DNA of 59,849 nt from a virus (taxonomy: Duplodnaviria; Caudoviricetes): the IMG/VR virus record IMGVR_UViG_3300031996_000006, positions 1 through 59,849 of that record; one strand, written 5' to 3'. The notes below the pieces were generated by a model. The model saw nothing but the letters and a program-made list of their open reading frames with translations. It did not search any database and had not been told where the DNA came from. Each line of letters starts with the position of its first letter. Position 1 is the stretch's first letter. The translations under genes and the position numbers were made by a program. Of the stretch, positions 1 through 9,356 are shown piece by piece.

Positions 1-233
1 CCAAATCGGCCCGGGGTGGGGCTCTGCGCGGCCCACTGACCACCGAGGGGGTCTTTCTGGTGCCTGAGAGCTCCATAGAGCGCCTTGGGCGGGGTGGCTG
101 GTCTCCTTGGGCGGGTTAGGCAGGTTGATCTTGTTAGAGAGGCGCTGAGACCCGCATGGCCGGTCAGGGGTGGGCAAAATCTATTCTTCGTGTAGAATAG
201 AGCTATGGGAGAAGCTGTATCTGGTCAGAATCT
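1..233 (+). repeat. Left copy of a 233-bp inverted repeat (may extend beyond the window start)
   Basis: Reverse complement of 45360-45592; 4 mismatches found by eye. Confidence 0.97.
193..207 (+). promoter_or_regulatory. Leaderless-type promoter: -10 TAGAAT, 6 nt, ATG205; lies within hairpin CTATTCT/AGAATAG
   Basis: TANNNT-N6-ATG geometry recurs across the genome; identical copy at 45386-45400 on the minus strand. Confidence 0.7.
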
Positions 234-245
234 GAGGGTGAACAA

Positions 246-539
246 GTGACTGACAACAAGACTCCGTGGCTGCCACCGTCGAAGCCTGAGGCTTATGCAA
301 GCTATGAGAAGCGGCGCAACGAAATCCTTAAGTGTCTTGCACGAGACATGGGCGTACGGGAAATTGCTAAGGAATTGGGACGAGGAGTGAACTCAGTGTA
401 TGTAGACCTGGCGAAGGCAAAGTACGAAACTGACACCAATACTGATGCTGGTTTGTACGCAGAGGCAATCCGGCGTGGGTGGCTGCACTGCCCTGCGGAG
501 CGACCACATATCCACAGGGAAGTAGCTAATACAGCATGA
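246..539 (+). CDS. LuxR/NarL-like HTH DNA-binding protein
   Basis: EILKCLARDMGVREIAKELGRGVNSVY...AIRRGW resembles the LuxR-type HTH. Confidence 0.7.
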   Translation: MTDNKTPWLPPSKPEAYASYEKRRNEILKCLARDMGVREIAKELGRGVNSVYVDLAKAKYETDTNTDAGLYAEAIRRGWLHCPAERPHIHREVANTA

Positions 540-736
540 AATACACAGACGTTGATGACGATGGTAATGCTACTTGGCATTGGGAAGAGGAAACTAGTGA
601 CGATCCCTTAGATACTTTCTTTAAGGTGAATCCAGTTGCGAGTGAGTGGGCGAAGCTGGTAGACTCGTGGTTCCCGGTAATCCTCTGGGTTATTGGGGTG
701 GCCTTCGTAGGGATACTATGGATGGAGATCGGATGA
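536..736 (+). CDS. Small membrane protein
   Basis: C-terminal hydrophobic helix; ATGA overlaps on both sides. Confidence 0.65.
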   Translation: MKYTDVDDDGNATWHWEEETSDDPLDTFFKVNPVASEWAKLVDSWFPVILWVIGVAFVGILWMEIG

Positions 737-1383
737 AGTTTCGAAAGTCTAAGGAAGAGCGTAATAAAAGGCTTGAGAAGCGAGCGAGGAAGTGGGGTTC
801 ACGGGCGGCACACCATCCATGGGCCTTCACACTTGGCTTCACAGCAGCGGCTTCGTACTACTTCATCTTCCTAATTATCCTAATTCAGGCACCATATGGA
901 CTCTTGTCGTTGAATGTATGGGTCGCAAGGCTACTTATTCTTCTAGTTGTGGTAGCTATCCCAACGTTCCCTACGTTACTGTTCGGGATCCTTATGGCAT
1001 GGAGGCACAACGACAACCTCTGCCCGATTTGCTTTGGTAAGTTCCCTCTTGATCCACAAGAAGAAGTCAAGAAGCAGAATTCCTACCTTAAGACGTTTCA
1101 CGGATTGAATAAGAAGATCTTCATTGTTCCTACCGTAGCTACTGTACTTGGCTTGCTGATAGCGCTCCTTCTGTTGCCAATTGGAGTCTTCACTCATCTT
1201 ACCTGGATGGTCTATCTCGCTTTTGGACTTTACTTGTACTCAGGAATTGGTTTGAGTTGCCTGGGTGCGCTAAACATGACGCACATGCGGCTTCAGCCGT
1301 GGTGTCCCTACTGTGATCACCGACGCGACTGGGATGATGAGGAGCGTCCGATCTTCCCCGAGCCAGTTTCAGGATCGAACTAA
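733..1383 (+). CDS. Multi-pass membrane protein with two CPxC motifs
   Basis: About 4 TM segments, HNDNLCPIC and HMRLQPWCPYC; start at 733 coupled to the upstream stop. Confidence 0.75.
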   Translation: MKFRKSKEERNKRLEKRARKWGSRAAHHPWAFTLGFTAAASYYFIFLIILIQAPYGLLSLNVWVARLLILLVVVAIPTFPTLLFGILMAWRHNDNLCPICFGKFPLDPQEEVKKQNSYLKTFHGLNKKIFIVPTVATVLGLLIALLLLPIGVFTHLTWMVYLAFGLYLYSGIGLSCLGALNMTHMRLQPWCPYCDHRRDWDDEERPIFPEPVSGSN

Positions 1384-2010
1384 GTGAATACTATTGATCA
1401 GAAAAGCGTTGATTTCGGTACCAGCGGACTGGAGGCACCGTCTGTACTCACACAAGATGAGGTAGACAAGGCACGGATCGTCACATCTACCTATGCAAAT
1501 AGCTCTGAAGAGTTCCAAATGTTCATGGATATGTTGGGCATTCTCCCAAAGTCCATCACACCCAAGGCCGGAACTACTCCCAAAAGGTTTAAGAAAAACC
1601 GTGAGTACAGTAAGCTGAGTCCAGAACAGAAGGCACGTAAAAACGAAAGAAGTGTTCGTAGGACCAGGCTGGGGAGAGTCAAAAAGCGAGCAGAAAAGCT
1701 TGGAGGTTACACTCCAGATGACTACAAGCTACTGCACGAGCTGGAAGACGCTCTAGGATACCCACGGACTATCAACGTCAGAGTCTTTAGACAGTTCGAA
1801 CTTGACCGAATGGCTAGAGAAGAAGAAGAGCAAAAGAGAAAGCTCTACCGAAAGCGGCGCCGAATGGAGAGAGTCCAGTACGCGCTACGCAATGGGGGCA
1901 TCGCAAGGGATGGATGTAAGATTAGAATCACACCACAGCTACTAAAGGAATTTTATGAGTGGGAACGTGATCCTAATCGCAAACGCCACTACCGTGACGA
2001 AGTAGCCTAG
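1384..2010 (+). CDS. Basic hypothetical protein
   Basis: 208-aa Arg/Lys-rich ORF in operon. Confidence 0.7.
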   Translation: MNTIDQKSVDFGTSGLEAPSVLTQDEVDKARIVTSTYANSSEEFQMFMDMLGILPKSITPKAGTTPKRFKKNREYSKLSPEQKARKNERSVRRTRLGRVKKRAEKLGGYTPDDYKLLHELEDALGYPRTINVRVFRQFELDRMAREEEEQKRKLYRKRRRMERVQYALRNGGIARDGCKIRITPQLLKEFYEWERDPNRKRHYRDEVA

Positions 2011-2015
2011 AGCAC

Positions 2016-2050
2016 AAATAGCCCCACCCCTTAGGGGGTGGGGCTATTTT
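2016..2050. terminator. Bidirectional intrinsic terminator
   Basis: AAATAGCCCCACCCC / GGGGTGGGGCTATTT stem. Confidence 0.85.
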
Positions 2051-2077
2051 GTTGTCCAAATCAGGTAGGCTACCCGT

Positions 2078-2695
2078 ATGGACTGTACGTTTGAGCCAAC
2101 TTGCCAAGGAAGCAAGGTTATTGGATTCGATTTCTGCCCTGCACACCTTGCTACTCCACGTGGACAACAGCATGCGCTATCTCGAATCACCAGTGGTGTC
2201 CTCTTCACTGAGTCAGATCTAGAGAATGAGATTCAGCGACGTGCAGAGGTGCCGGATAAGGACTACCACACTTCTGCTCTAGAGAAGATGGATAAGATCC
2301 TTAGTGAAATCCTTGGGTTCCAGGAGCACACTAAGAAGATGCTCTTTGATTTGGACCCTATGGACTGGCGTTATTCTCACAAGACTTCCGGTGAGCAGAC
2401 GCGCATGGAGGTCGGTCTCTACGAACGCGCTCAGGACAGGGCTGCACGCGTCCTGAAGGACGTCTCGAAGATGGCTCTGGAGGAGAAGATCGTCAGTCTG
2501 GGTCGGGCACAGACCGAATTGGTCATCCGCATCCTCATGGCTGTTGTCATGCGGATGGGTCTGGACGCAGGTGGGGTCTCGAAGGCACGAGCGCTACTTC
2601 TTGAGGAATTCCAGAAGGAAGCCAACCTGTCGTCCCGGCTGGAGAAGCGGGTCACGGAGGAGCTGGAAGCGCCGGTGGTGATCGATGCCTCGTAA
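2078..2695 (+). CDS. Probable terminase small subunit
   Basis: Directly upstream of and overlapping terL; helical; TAGGCT-N6-ATG leaderless start. Confidence 0.65.
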   Translation: MDCTFEPTCQGSKVIGFDFCPAHLATPRGQQHALSRITSGVLFTESDLENEIQRRAEVPDKDYHTSALEKMDKILSEILGFQEHTKKMLFDLDPMDWRYSHKTSGEQTRMEVGLYERAQDRAARVLKDVSKMALEEKIVSLGRAQTELVIRILMAVVMRMGLDAGGVSKARALLLEEFQKEANLSSRLEKRVTEELEAPVVIDAS

Positions 2696-4238
2696 AGACG
2701 CTTTTGACCCGCTTAATTACGCAATTGCTCAGCTAGAGGAACAAGTCAATCCGCTTGACCCTGTGGATTGGGCCAAAAGAAAGGCTGGTATCCACCTGTG
2801 GTCGAAGCAGCGGGACATCATCCATTCAATTCAGGCAAACAAGAAGACTGCCGTGCAATCAGGGCATGGTATTGGAAAGTCTCTGACTGCATCGGTTGCC
2901 GCGTCGTGGTGGGTCGACACCCATCCACCCGAGGACACACTAGTTGTATCCACAGCTCCCTCGGTCAAGCAGGTTCACGCGATTCTGTGGGAAGAGATTC
3001 GTAAGATCCATGGGCGCGCGAAGCTTCCTGGGGAAGTGCAGATCTCGGATAACTGGATTATCGGTCGTCGTCTCGTTGGTTTTGGGCGGAAGCCACAAGA
3101 CCACGACCGTGACGCTTTCCAGGGTCTCCACCGTAAATACGTTCTGGTCATCCTGGACGAGGCTTGCGGCATCCCCGAATGGCTTTTCCTGGCGGCTTCC
3201 GCGATCACGACTGGTGATCACTGCCGAATCCTCGCAATTGGAAACCCCACCGACCCGTCGTCCTACTTTCGAAAGGTTTGTCGGCCGGGTAGTGGTTGGA
3301 ACACAATCAAAATATCGGTCCTGGATAATCCACGTTTCACGGGAGAGTACCTACCACCCGAAGTAATTGAGGACCTGACCGGACCGAACTGGGTTGAGGA
3401 AAGTAAGGTCGAACTTGGAGAAGGAAGTCCGCTTTGGAAGGCGAAGGTTGAGGGAGAATTCCCCAACCTCGACGAGTTCTCGGTTATTCCTGTCGGTTGG
3501 ATTGAGGAAGCACAGAATCGTTGGCTCGCCTGGGAAGAAGAGACGGGTGGTCGTCCTGATCCTGAGAGTCGACAAATTATTGGAGCTGACATTGCGCGTT
3601 TCGGTAGTGATAAAACCGCCTTCGCTTACCGATATGGAGATGTAATCACCAAGGTAGAGACCATGCCCAAGCGAGATACAATGGGCACTGCTCAAATGCT
3701 GGCACGTAAATTGCGTGTCGGCTTAGGTGATATGGCTGTGGTCGATACCAACGGTGTCGGTGCTGGTACGTATGACGCCTTGCGTAAGACACAGCATTAC
3801 GCAATGGGTGTGAACGTTGGTAACCGAACCTCCCTGGTCGACTCCACGGGTCAGATTGAATTCTACAACCTCCGTGCAGCTCTCATGTGGCGCTTGCGAG
3901 AGCGATTGGACCCTGCACGAAATCCAACCTTGTGTCTTCCTCCGGATGACCAACTCACTGTGGATCTGTCGGCCCCACGCTGGAAGACAGTGCCCGGTGG
4001 AAAGGTTGTTATCGAATCTAAAGATGACATGCGAAAGCGGATCGGACGATCCCCCGACAAGGGAGACGCTGTAGCCCTTGCAATGTGGGCATCCGCAGGC
4101 GGTGTATTGCTCGACACAGACACCGCAGCTTTCGAATGGGATACCAAGGCTCGTGATGATGGTTCCGGGGAACTTGCTATAGACTGGGGCGAGCTTGTAG
4201 AGGACCCATTTAGCTTTGCCGATTTCGAAATCAGTTAG
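2685..4238 (+). CDS. terL: Terminase large subunit
   Basis: Walker A SGHGIGKS, Walker B VILDEACG, GNP motif, nuclease GADIARFGSDKT and SPDKGDA. Confidence 0.95.
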   Translation: MPRKDAFDPLNYAIAQLEEQVNPLDPVDWAKRKAGIHLWSKQRDIIHSIQANKKTAVQSGHGIGKSLTASVAASWWVDTHPPEDTLVVSTAPSVKQVHAILWEEIRKIHGRAKLPGEVQISDNWIIGRRLVGFGRKPQDHDRDAFQGLHRKYVLVILDEACGIPEWLFLAASAITTGDHCRILAIGNPTDPSSYFRKVCRPGSGWNTIKISVLDNPRFTGEYLPPEVIEDLTGPNWVEESKVELGEGSPLWKAKVEGEFPNLDEFSVIPVGWIEEAQNRWLAWEEETGGRPDPESRQIIGADIARFGSDKTAFAYRYGDVITKVETMPKRDTMGTAQMLARKLRVGLGDMAVVDTNGVGAGTYDALRKTQHYAMGVNVGNRTSLVDSTGQIEFYNLRAALMWRLRERLDPARNPTLCLPPDDQLTVDLSAPRWKTVPGGKVVIESKDDMRKRIGRSPDKGDAVALAMWASAGGVLLDTDTAAFEWDTKARDDGSGELAIDWGELVEDPFSFADFEIS

Positions 4239-4248
4239 GTCGTAAGTA

Positions 4249-5976
4249 ATGACGATCTATAACAACTATCAGGCATCCGGATTGAATTCCGCAGAGACGC
4301 CTGGTAATTCGACCACGCCTGCTCCCGTCACAGAGCAGATTTATGATGAGGACAATCCACCGGTAGGTGAGCTTGGTAGCTCATTCTCCTATGATTCTCA
4401 GTTCGGTGGATGGCTTGACGGTAATGTTTACGCGCCTGCGGAGCCGTCGCTAGCCGACTACCACCACATGCTCGATACCGATGGCACTGCCAAGAGTATT
4501 GAGTTGATGCTTGCGTATCCTATTATGGCTGCGCCTTGGTCTATTGAACCTGCTAAGGGTGATACAGGTCAGGCGGAGTTTATTTACGATGCGTTGACAG
4601 CTCTTCCTCATCAGGGCGGTCCTATGACCACCATTGAGGAACTTATTAAGCAGATGTGTAGTGCATTTGTTAATAAGCGAGCATATTTTGAGAAGGTTTT
4701 CAAGGTAAACGACGACGGTAAGATCGTCTATCACAAGCTTGCGTTCCGACCTCCGGAGACGTGCGAGCTTGCCTTGGATGCCCGGACCGCTGAACCTCGT
4801 GGTTTCCGACAGATGCCACTCATTTATCCGTACACGGATTCGAATTCGATCCCGACGATGAATGGTGATCTTCGACCGAACGTGAATGCCCCGGCATCTA
4901 TGTGGGTAGAGGTTCCGTCGGAGCGGGCATTCGTCTATGTTCATGGTTCGTGGCGTGATCCTCTATTGGGCGTCTCCGAAATGAAGGTGCCTTACTATAT
5001 TTACCTTACCAAGCGGAAGATCCGTTGGCTCTGGTATCAGTTCCTTGACCAGACTGCTTTGCCTAAGACTATCGTCCGGAATCAGGATGAGATTCAGGCA
5101 CGGAATGACGCACGGAAGGTGGCGAGCCTTCGTGGCAAATCGGTGTTGGCTCTGGGAGCCGAAACCACAGTAGACCCGTACGAATCTTCGGGTAAGGGTG
5201 CCCAGTATTTCCAGGACGCGCTTCACTTCTGCGATATGGAAATGCTTAACGCTGGGTTGATGGGCTTCCTTCAGCTCACGACGGAGCAGTCCTCGGGTCA
5301 CGGTTCCTATGCGCTTGCTACCACCATGGAGCAAATGTATAACCGCTCCCGGGTGATGATCGCTCTGGACATGGCACGCCAGATCACGAACGAAGTCATC
5401 GGCCCTCTGATTGCCTACAACTTCGGTGTGAAGGCGCCTGTTCCGCGTTTCAAGTTCGGGCCACTCTCGAAGGAAAACGACACCGCTGCGCTTGCTGCGT
5501 TCCAGCAGATCATGGCCGCAACGAATGCCACGGTTCCTGTTGAGTTCTACAACGAACTGATCGGTCGCGTGGCCGGAATCCTGAACCTCGATGCAGGCAA
5601 GGTTGCCAAGGACATCGAGGTCAACGGCTCTCCGCAGCAGACTTCGCTTCAGCAGCTGCAAATTGCGGTCGAAAACTCTCAGCAGATGCTTGAGAATGCT
5701 AAGAGCGCTAACGCGGCGACTCCAGGGATGGGGCCTACCGGTAAGCCTCCCTCGCCTTCCTCCCCGCAGGCGCCAAAGGGGGCCCCAACGCAGGGGCTTC
5801 CTCCGCGTCCTAGTGGCCAGCCGACTTCCGTTGCGGCTCGGGCACAGCAGCAGGGCAAGCCCGGAAACGTTGAGAGCGGGCGACCCGCGCAACCGACTAC
5901 GGCTGGCACTCGGCCTTTCGGAACCAACTCCGTAGCGAACCCATCGCGCGAGAAGAATAAGAAGTACGGTAAGTGA
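4249..5976 (+). CDS. Portal protein (Mu gp29/DUF935-like) with P/Q-rich C-terminal tail
   Basis: Position after terL, size, GSYALA and LIAYNFG..P.F.F motifs. Confidence 0.85.
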   Translation: MTIYNNYQASGLNSAETPGNSTTPAPVTEQIYDEDNPPVGELGSSFSYDSQFGGWLDGNVYAPAEPSLADYHHMLDTDGTAKSIELMLAYPIMAAPWSIEPAKGDTGQAEFIYDALTALPHQGGPMTTIEELIKQMCSAFVNKRAYFEKVFKVNDDGKIVYHKLAFRPPETCELALDARTAEPRGFRQMPLIYPYTDSNSIPTMNGDLRPNVNAPASMWVEVPSERAFVYVHGSWRDPLLGVSEMKVPYYIYLTKRKIRWLWYQFLDQTALPKTIVRNQDEIQARNDARKVASLRGKSVLALGAETTVDPYESSGKGAQYFQDALHFCDMEMLNAGLMGFLQLTTEQSSGHGSYALATTMEQMYNRSRVMIALDMARQITNEVIGPLIAYNFGVKAPVPRFKFGPLSKENDTAALAAFQQIMAATNATVPVEFYNELIGRVAGILNLDAGKVAKDIEVNGSPQQTSLQQLQIAVENSQQMLENAKSANAATPGMGPTGKPPSPSSPQAPKGAPTQGLPPRPSGQPTSVAARAQQQGKPGNVESGRPAQPTTAGTRPFGTNSVANPSREKNKKYGK

Positions 5977-5977
5977 C

Positions 5978-6175
5978 GTGGAGACCTGGATTCGGCGTCT
6001 TCACCTCCTCTGTCTGGCGTTCTGGACTCTTATAACTCCCATTGCAATCATCTTTTGGGCTAACTCAGTCCTGTTTGTGATTATCTGTTCGCTTTTTGCC
6101 AATATCTATGCGTCCATGGCTGCGTACCAGGGCGCCAGAACTGAAAAGAAGCAAGAAGAAGATGCCAATTCCTAA
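5978..6175 (+). CDS. Small two-TM membrane protein
   Basis: Two hydrophobic helices. Confidence 0.7.
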   Translation: METWIRRLHLLCLAFWTLITPIAIIFWANSVLFVIICSLFANIYASMAAYQGARTEKKQEEDANS

Positions 6176-6881
6176 GCTTAACCGGATTCCGCATTTTGAT
6201 GAGCGATCTCGTGAATACGGAATCCGACAGCTCATCGGTCCAACCCCTCGGTACAAGAGGATTTGGGCTACGCGTCCAGATGCTTTGGACCAGGGCCAGG
6301 AAGGTGCGTGTACTGGTTTTGCGTCGGCCGGTTTTCTGGCGGCTGCCCCGCAGAAGTGGAAGACCGATGCGGAAATGGCAGAGCGAATCTTCAAGGGAGC
6401 AATCCAGATTGACAAGCTTGAAGGACGCGACTTCGGAGGAGAAGGCGCGACCGTTCTGGCGGCGATGAAGGCATGTCAGGAGTTCAGTTACTTTGACAGC
6501 TACGCATGGTGCTTTGGTATTGACGACGTCTGCGACACCATTGTTCGTCGCGGGCCAGTCGTGCTCGGTATCGACTGGTACAACGATATGGAATCACCAG
6601 ACGAACGGGGTCTCCTTCACGTCGGTGGAGCCGTCGCAGGAGGCCACTGCATTTTGGCCAATGGATACTGGCCAGGCCATCCGGATTTCGGAGACGTAGT
6701 CGTCCTAACGAATTCGTGGGGCAATGACTGGGGTTTGCGTGGTCGTTGTTATATTCGGTTTGACGATCTTAGGGATCTGCTTCGAAACAACGGTGAAGCG
6801 GTTCATCCTCACAGTGTCCGACAGACTTGGTCATCCGTTCCGACGGGTGGCGAAGGTGCATCCCATACGTTGGATGCATAA
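6162..6881 (+). CDS. Papain-like (C1) cysteine peptidase
   Basis: DQGQEGACTGF (Q and catalytic C), GGHCILANGY (H), NSWG (N). Confidence 0.9.
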   Translation: MPIPKLNRIPHFDERSREYGIRQLIGPTPRYKRIWATRPDALDQGQEGACTGFASAGFLAAAPQKWKTDAEMAERIFKGAIQIDKLEGRDFGGEGATVLAAMKACQEFSYFDSYAWCFGIDDVCDTIVRRGPVVLGIDWYNDMESPDERGLLHVGGAVAGGHCILANGYWPGHPDFGDVVVLTNSWGNDWGLRGRCYIRFDDLRDLLRNNGEAVHPHSVRQTWSSVPTGGEGASHTLDA

Positions 6882-6928
6882 CAATTTCACACTAGATTTA
6901 ATCATAAAAGAGCACTGGAGGAGGTGGA

Positions 6929-7231
6929 ATGGCCGCAGGTAGTATGGCTAAAGCCTCAACACATGAGAAGGTGGGTACTCGTCCACTTTGGAAATCTAAG
7001 ACAGGTGAGCAGCTTCCGGCTTATATTCAGCATGTAGCTAATGAGCTGATTAAGTCTGGTCATTCTGAGAGCAATGCAATCCAGATGGCCATTGGAATTA
7101 TTAAGAACTGGGCTCATGGTCATCCGTCGGGTGGCGAAAAGGGTGTGCAAGCAACTACAGTTGCGGCTGCACGAAAAGCTCTTGCGGAGTGGGAAGCTCT
7201 GAAGGCCCGACACTCTGGAGGTAAGAAATAA
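6929..7231 (+). CDS. Hypothetical head-region protein
   Basis: GGAGG RBS; LPAYIQHVANEL motif shared with the next gene. Confidence 0.75.
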   Translation: MAAGSMAKASTHEKVGTRPLWKSKTGEQLPAYIQHVANELIKSGHSESNAIQMAIGIIKNWAHGHPSGGEKGVQATTVAAARKALAEWEALKARHSGGKK

Positions 7232-7713
7232 TGGTAGTCCATACCGGAAATGTACCAGCATCACAACGTGGTAAACCAAATAAGAATGGTTCAAGCTGGG
7301 TCACGGTTCGGCACGGCGGAGATGGGCACGGGAAAATGGTTACGACTCCAAAGCACACTCAGCACGACGATGGCGACCCGGAAGACGCTCGTGACCACGG
7401 TGCCGATGAGGCTACCGAGGACACCAGTAAGAACAAGCTTCCGGACTACGTGAACAACATTGCCGACCACCTGAAGGCAAACCATGGTCTGACTCACACT
7501 CACGCTACCCGAGTGGCGGCCGGAATCACGGCTCTGCACGCTCAGGGACATGCGGCTGTGAGTGAGGCACAGCAGAAGGCGGCTGTGGAAGCTCACGGCC
7601 ACATGCGGAAGCTCGTTAAGGGCCACGGAAGTGTGAAGCACGCCTCACTTGGCACGAAGTCTAAGAAGCCGGATCAGATGGTTAAGCCTCCGGCTAAGGT
7701 GCCTGGCAAGTAA
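7231..7713 (+). CDS. His/Lys-rich hypothetical protein, paralogous in part to the upstream gene
   Basis: TAATG coupling; LPDYVNNIADHL motif. Confidence 0.7.
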   Translation: MVVHTGNVPASQRGKPNKNGSSWVTVRHGGDGHGKMVTTPKHTQHDDGDPEDARDHGADEATEDTSKNKLPDYVNNIADHLKANHGLTHTHATRVAAGITALHAQGHAAVSEAQQKAAVEAHGHMRKLVKGHGSVKHASLGTKSKKPDQMVKPPAKVPGK

Positions 7714-7749
7714 CGTGTAGTCTGGTAGGCATAGTGCTTTGGAGCAATT

Positions 7750-8868
7750 ATGACTGTAATTCTCGGTCCGGTTCTTGCCGGTACCGAAACCCGTAAGGTC
7801 ACTGACAAGGCAACTGGTCGGACGTTTTACCGGAAGCAGATCCTTCCCGAGGGCAAGTTCGATTATAAGGGTACCGAACTTGATCTCGGAGCGGAGAAGC
7901 TTCAGACCTACGTCCAGTCCTTCAAGGAAGGTGCCTTTGACGAGGTGCCTTTCCAGTTCGGCGGCTCTGAAAGCGAGCACAACAACGACCCTATGCGTAG
8001 GGGCGGAACGCTTGCGCACATGGAGCACGTCCCTGGTAAGGGTGTTTTTGGATACTTCGATTTCTCGAAGGACCCACAGTCCGCTCAGTATGTCGAGAAG
8101 TACCCCCGTTTTGGCGTTTCTCCACGTATCGAGCTGGGCATTAAGCGTGCTGATGGCAAGTCCTTCGAGGGCGCAATTCAGCATGTGTGTGGAACGCTGG
8201 TTCCGCGAATCAACGGTATGGACCCTTGGGAAAAGGTAGAGCTTTCCAACGGTGCCAACACCGAGGATGAGGTTATCAACCTTTCTACCGGGGTTTTCGA
8301 GGACGAGAAGGTCATCGACCCCGGTTTTGATTTTATTGACGACAGGCCAGTTGGAGAGACGAAGATGCCTGAGCTTTCGCAGGAGCAGCTTGACGCTCTG
8401 GACTCGTTCATGGAAGAGCGCAAGCTGATTGAGGAGCTTGCCTCGGACCCCGTGGTCCTCTCGCTCGGCGAGAAGGCGACCTCGCCAGCTCCACAGGTGC
8501 AGCAGGTTGCGCCCGTGGATGAGGTTGCCCGTAAGGCCGTTGAGGACATGCGCCGTGAGATGGCTCGTGAGAAGTGGGAGGCGAAGAAGGAGGTCCTTCT
8601 CTCGCAGGGTGTCCCACCCGCGGCTATCGCGATGGCTGAGCCTGTCATGCTTCAGCCTGAGGACAATGCGATTGAGCTTTCCTCCGGTGGTAAGACCACC
8701 GACAAGGAGCGGATGCTTGGGCTGCTCGACTCGATGAAGGGCACTGTTGACCTCTCTAACGAGGTTGGTCACCAGGTTGGCGCTCTTGGGTCTGAGGAGA
8801 AGGAGGACCTGAATGGTTGGATTGATTTCCTCGGCCTTGGGTCCTCTCAGGTCCAGATGCCCCAGTAA
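7750..8868 (+). CDS. Capsid maturation protease/scaffold (Mu gpI-like)
   Basis: Position before capsid genes; N-terminal H...VSP protease-like part, acidic helical C-terminal part. Confidence 0.75.
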   Translation: MTVILGPVLAGTETRKVTDKATGRTFYRKQILPEGKFDYKGTELDLGAEKLQTYVQSFKEGAFDEVPFQFGGSESEHNNDPMRRGGTLAHMEHVPGKGVFGYFDFSKDPQSAQYVEKYPRFGVSPRIELGIKRADGKSFEGAIQHVCGTLVPRINGMDPWEKVELSNGANTEDEVINLSTGVFEDEKVIDPGFDFIDDRPVGETKMPELSQEQLDALDSFMEERKLIEELASDPVVLSLGEKATSPAPQVQQVAPVDEVARKAVEDMRREMAREKWEAKKEVLLSQGVPPAAIAMAEPVMLQPEDNAIELSSGGKTTDKERMLGLLDSMKGTVDLSNEVGHQVGALGSEEKEDLNGWIDFLGLGSSQVQMPQ

Positions 8869-8903
8869 GTTTGTAATTTAGAAGCTAGTTAGAGAGGTCA
8901 AAA

Positions 8904-9356
8904 ATGAGCGGTATTAAGCCCGTTCTTGAGTTTGGCCCACTGACGTTCTCGGCTAACGTGAACATCAATGGTGGCCAGCTTGTTGAGCCAGATGCGGGAA
9001 AGCCAGGTTTCATTAAGCCTGCTACTGCGGGAACCACTCACTGTCTCGGTGTGGCGGTCGGTGATGCTGCCGGTCTGCCGACTCCGAATCAGAATGGTAC
9101 CGATGCGTGGGGCAACCCTACGTACATGGCGCAGCTTCCTCCCAATGAGGTTGCGGTTGGCGTTCACGGTGTGTTTCGGCTGTTGGCTAGTGGTGCTATC
9201 GCCTTCGGTGATTACGTCATCACTGGCGCAAATGGTGTCGTGGTTTCGGGTGGCGCTACTCCGAACCCACTTCAGGTTGTCGGTCGCTGCGTTGATCCGG
9301 CGGGTATCGCGGATGGTGCTCGTGGCAAGGTCCTCCTCTTTGGTGTGGGTGCGTAA
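8904..9356 (+). CDS. Capsid decoration/cement protein (DUF2190-like)
   Basis: Gly/Ala-rich; GVAVGDAA and AIAFGDYV motifs; precedes the MCP. Confidence 0.75.
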   Translation: MSGIKPVLEFGPLTFSANVNINGGQLVEPDAGKPGFIKPATAGTTHCLGVAVGDAAGLPTPNQNGTDAWGNPTYMAQLPPNEVAVGVHGVFRLLASGAIAFGDYVITGANGVVVSGGATPNPLQVVGRCVDPAGIADGARGKVLLFGVGA

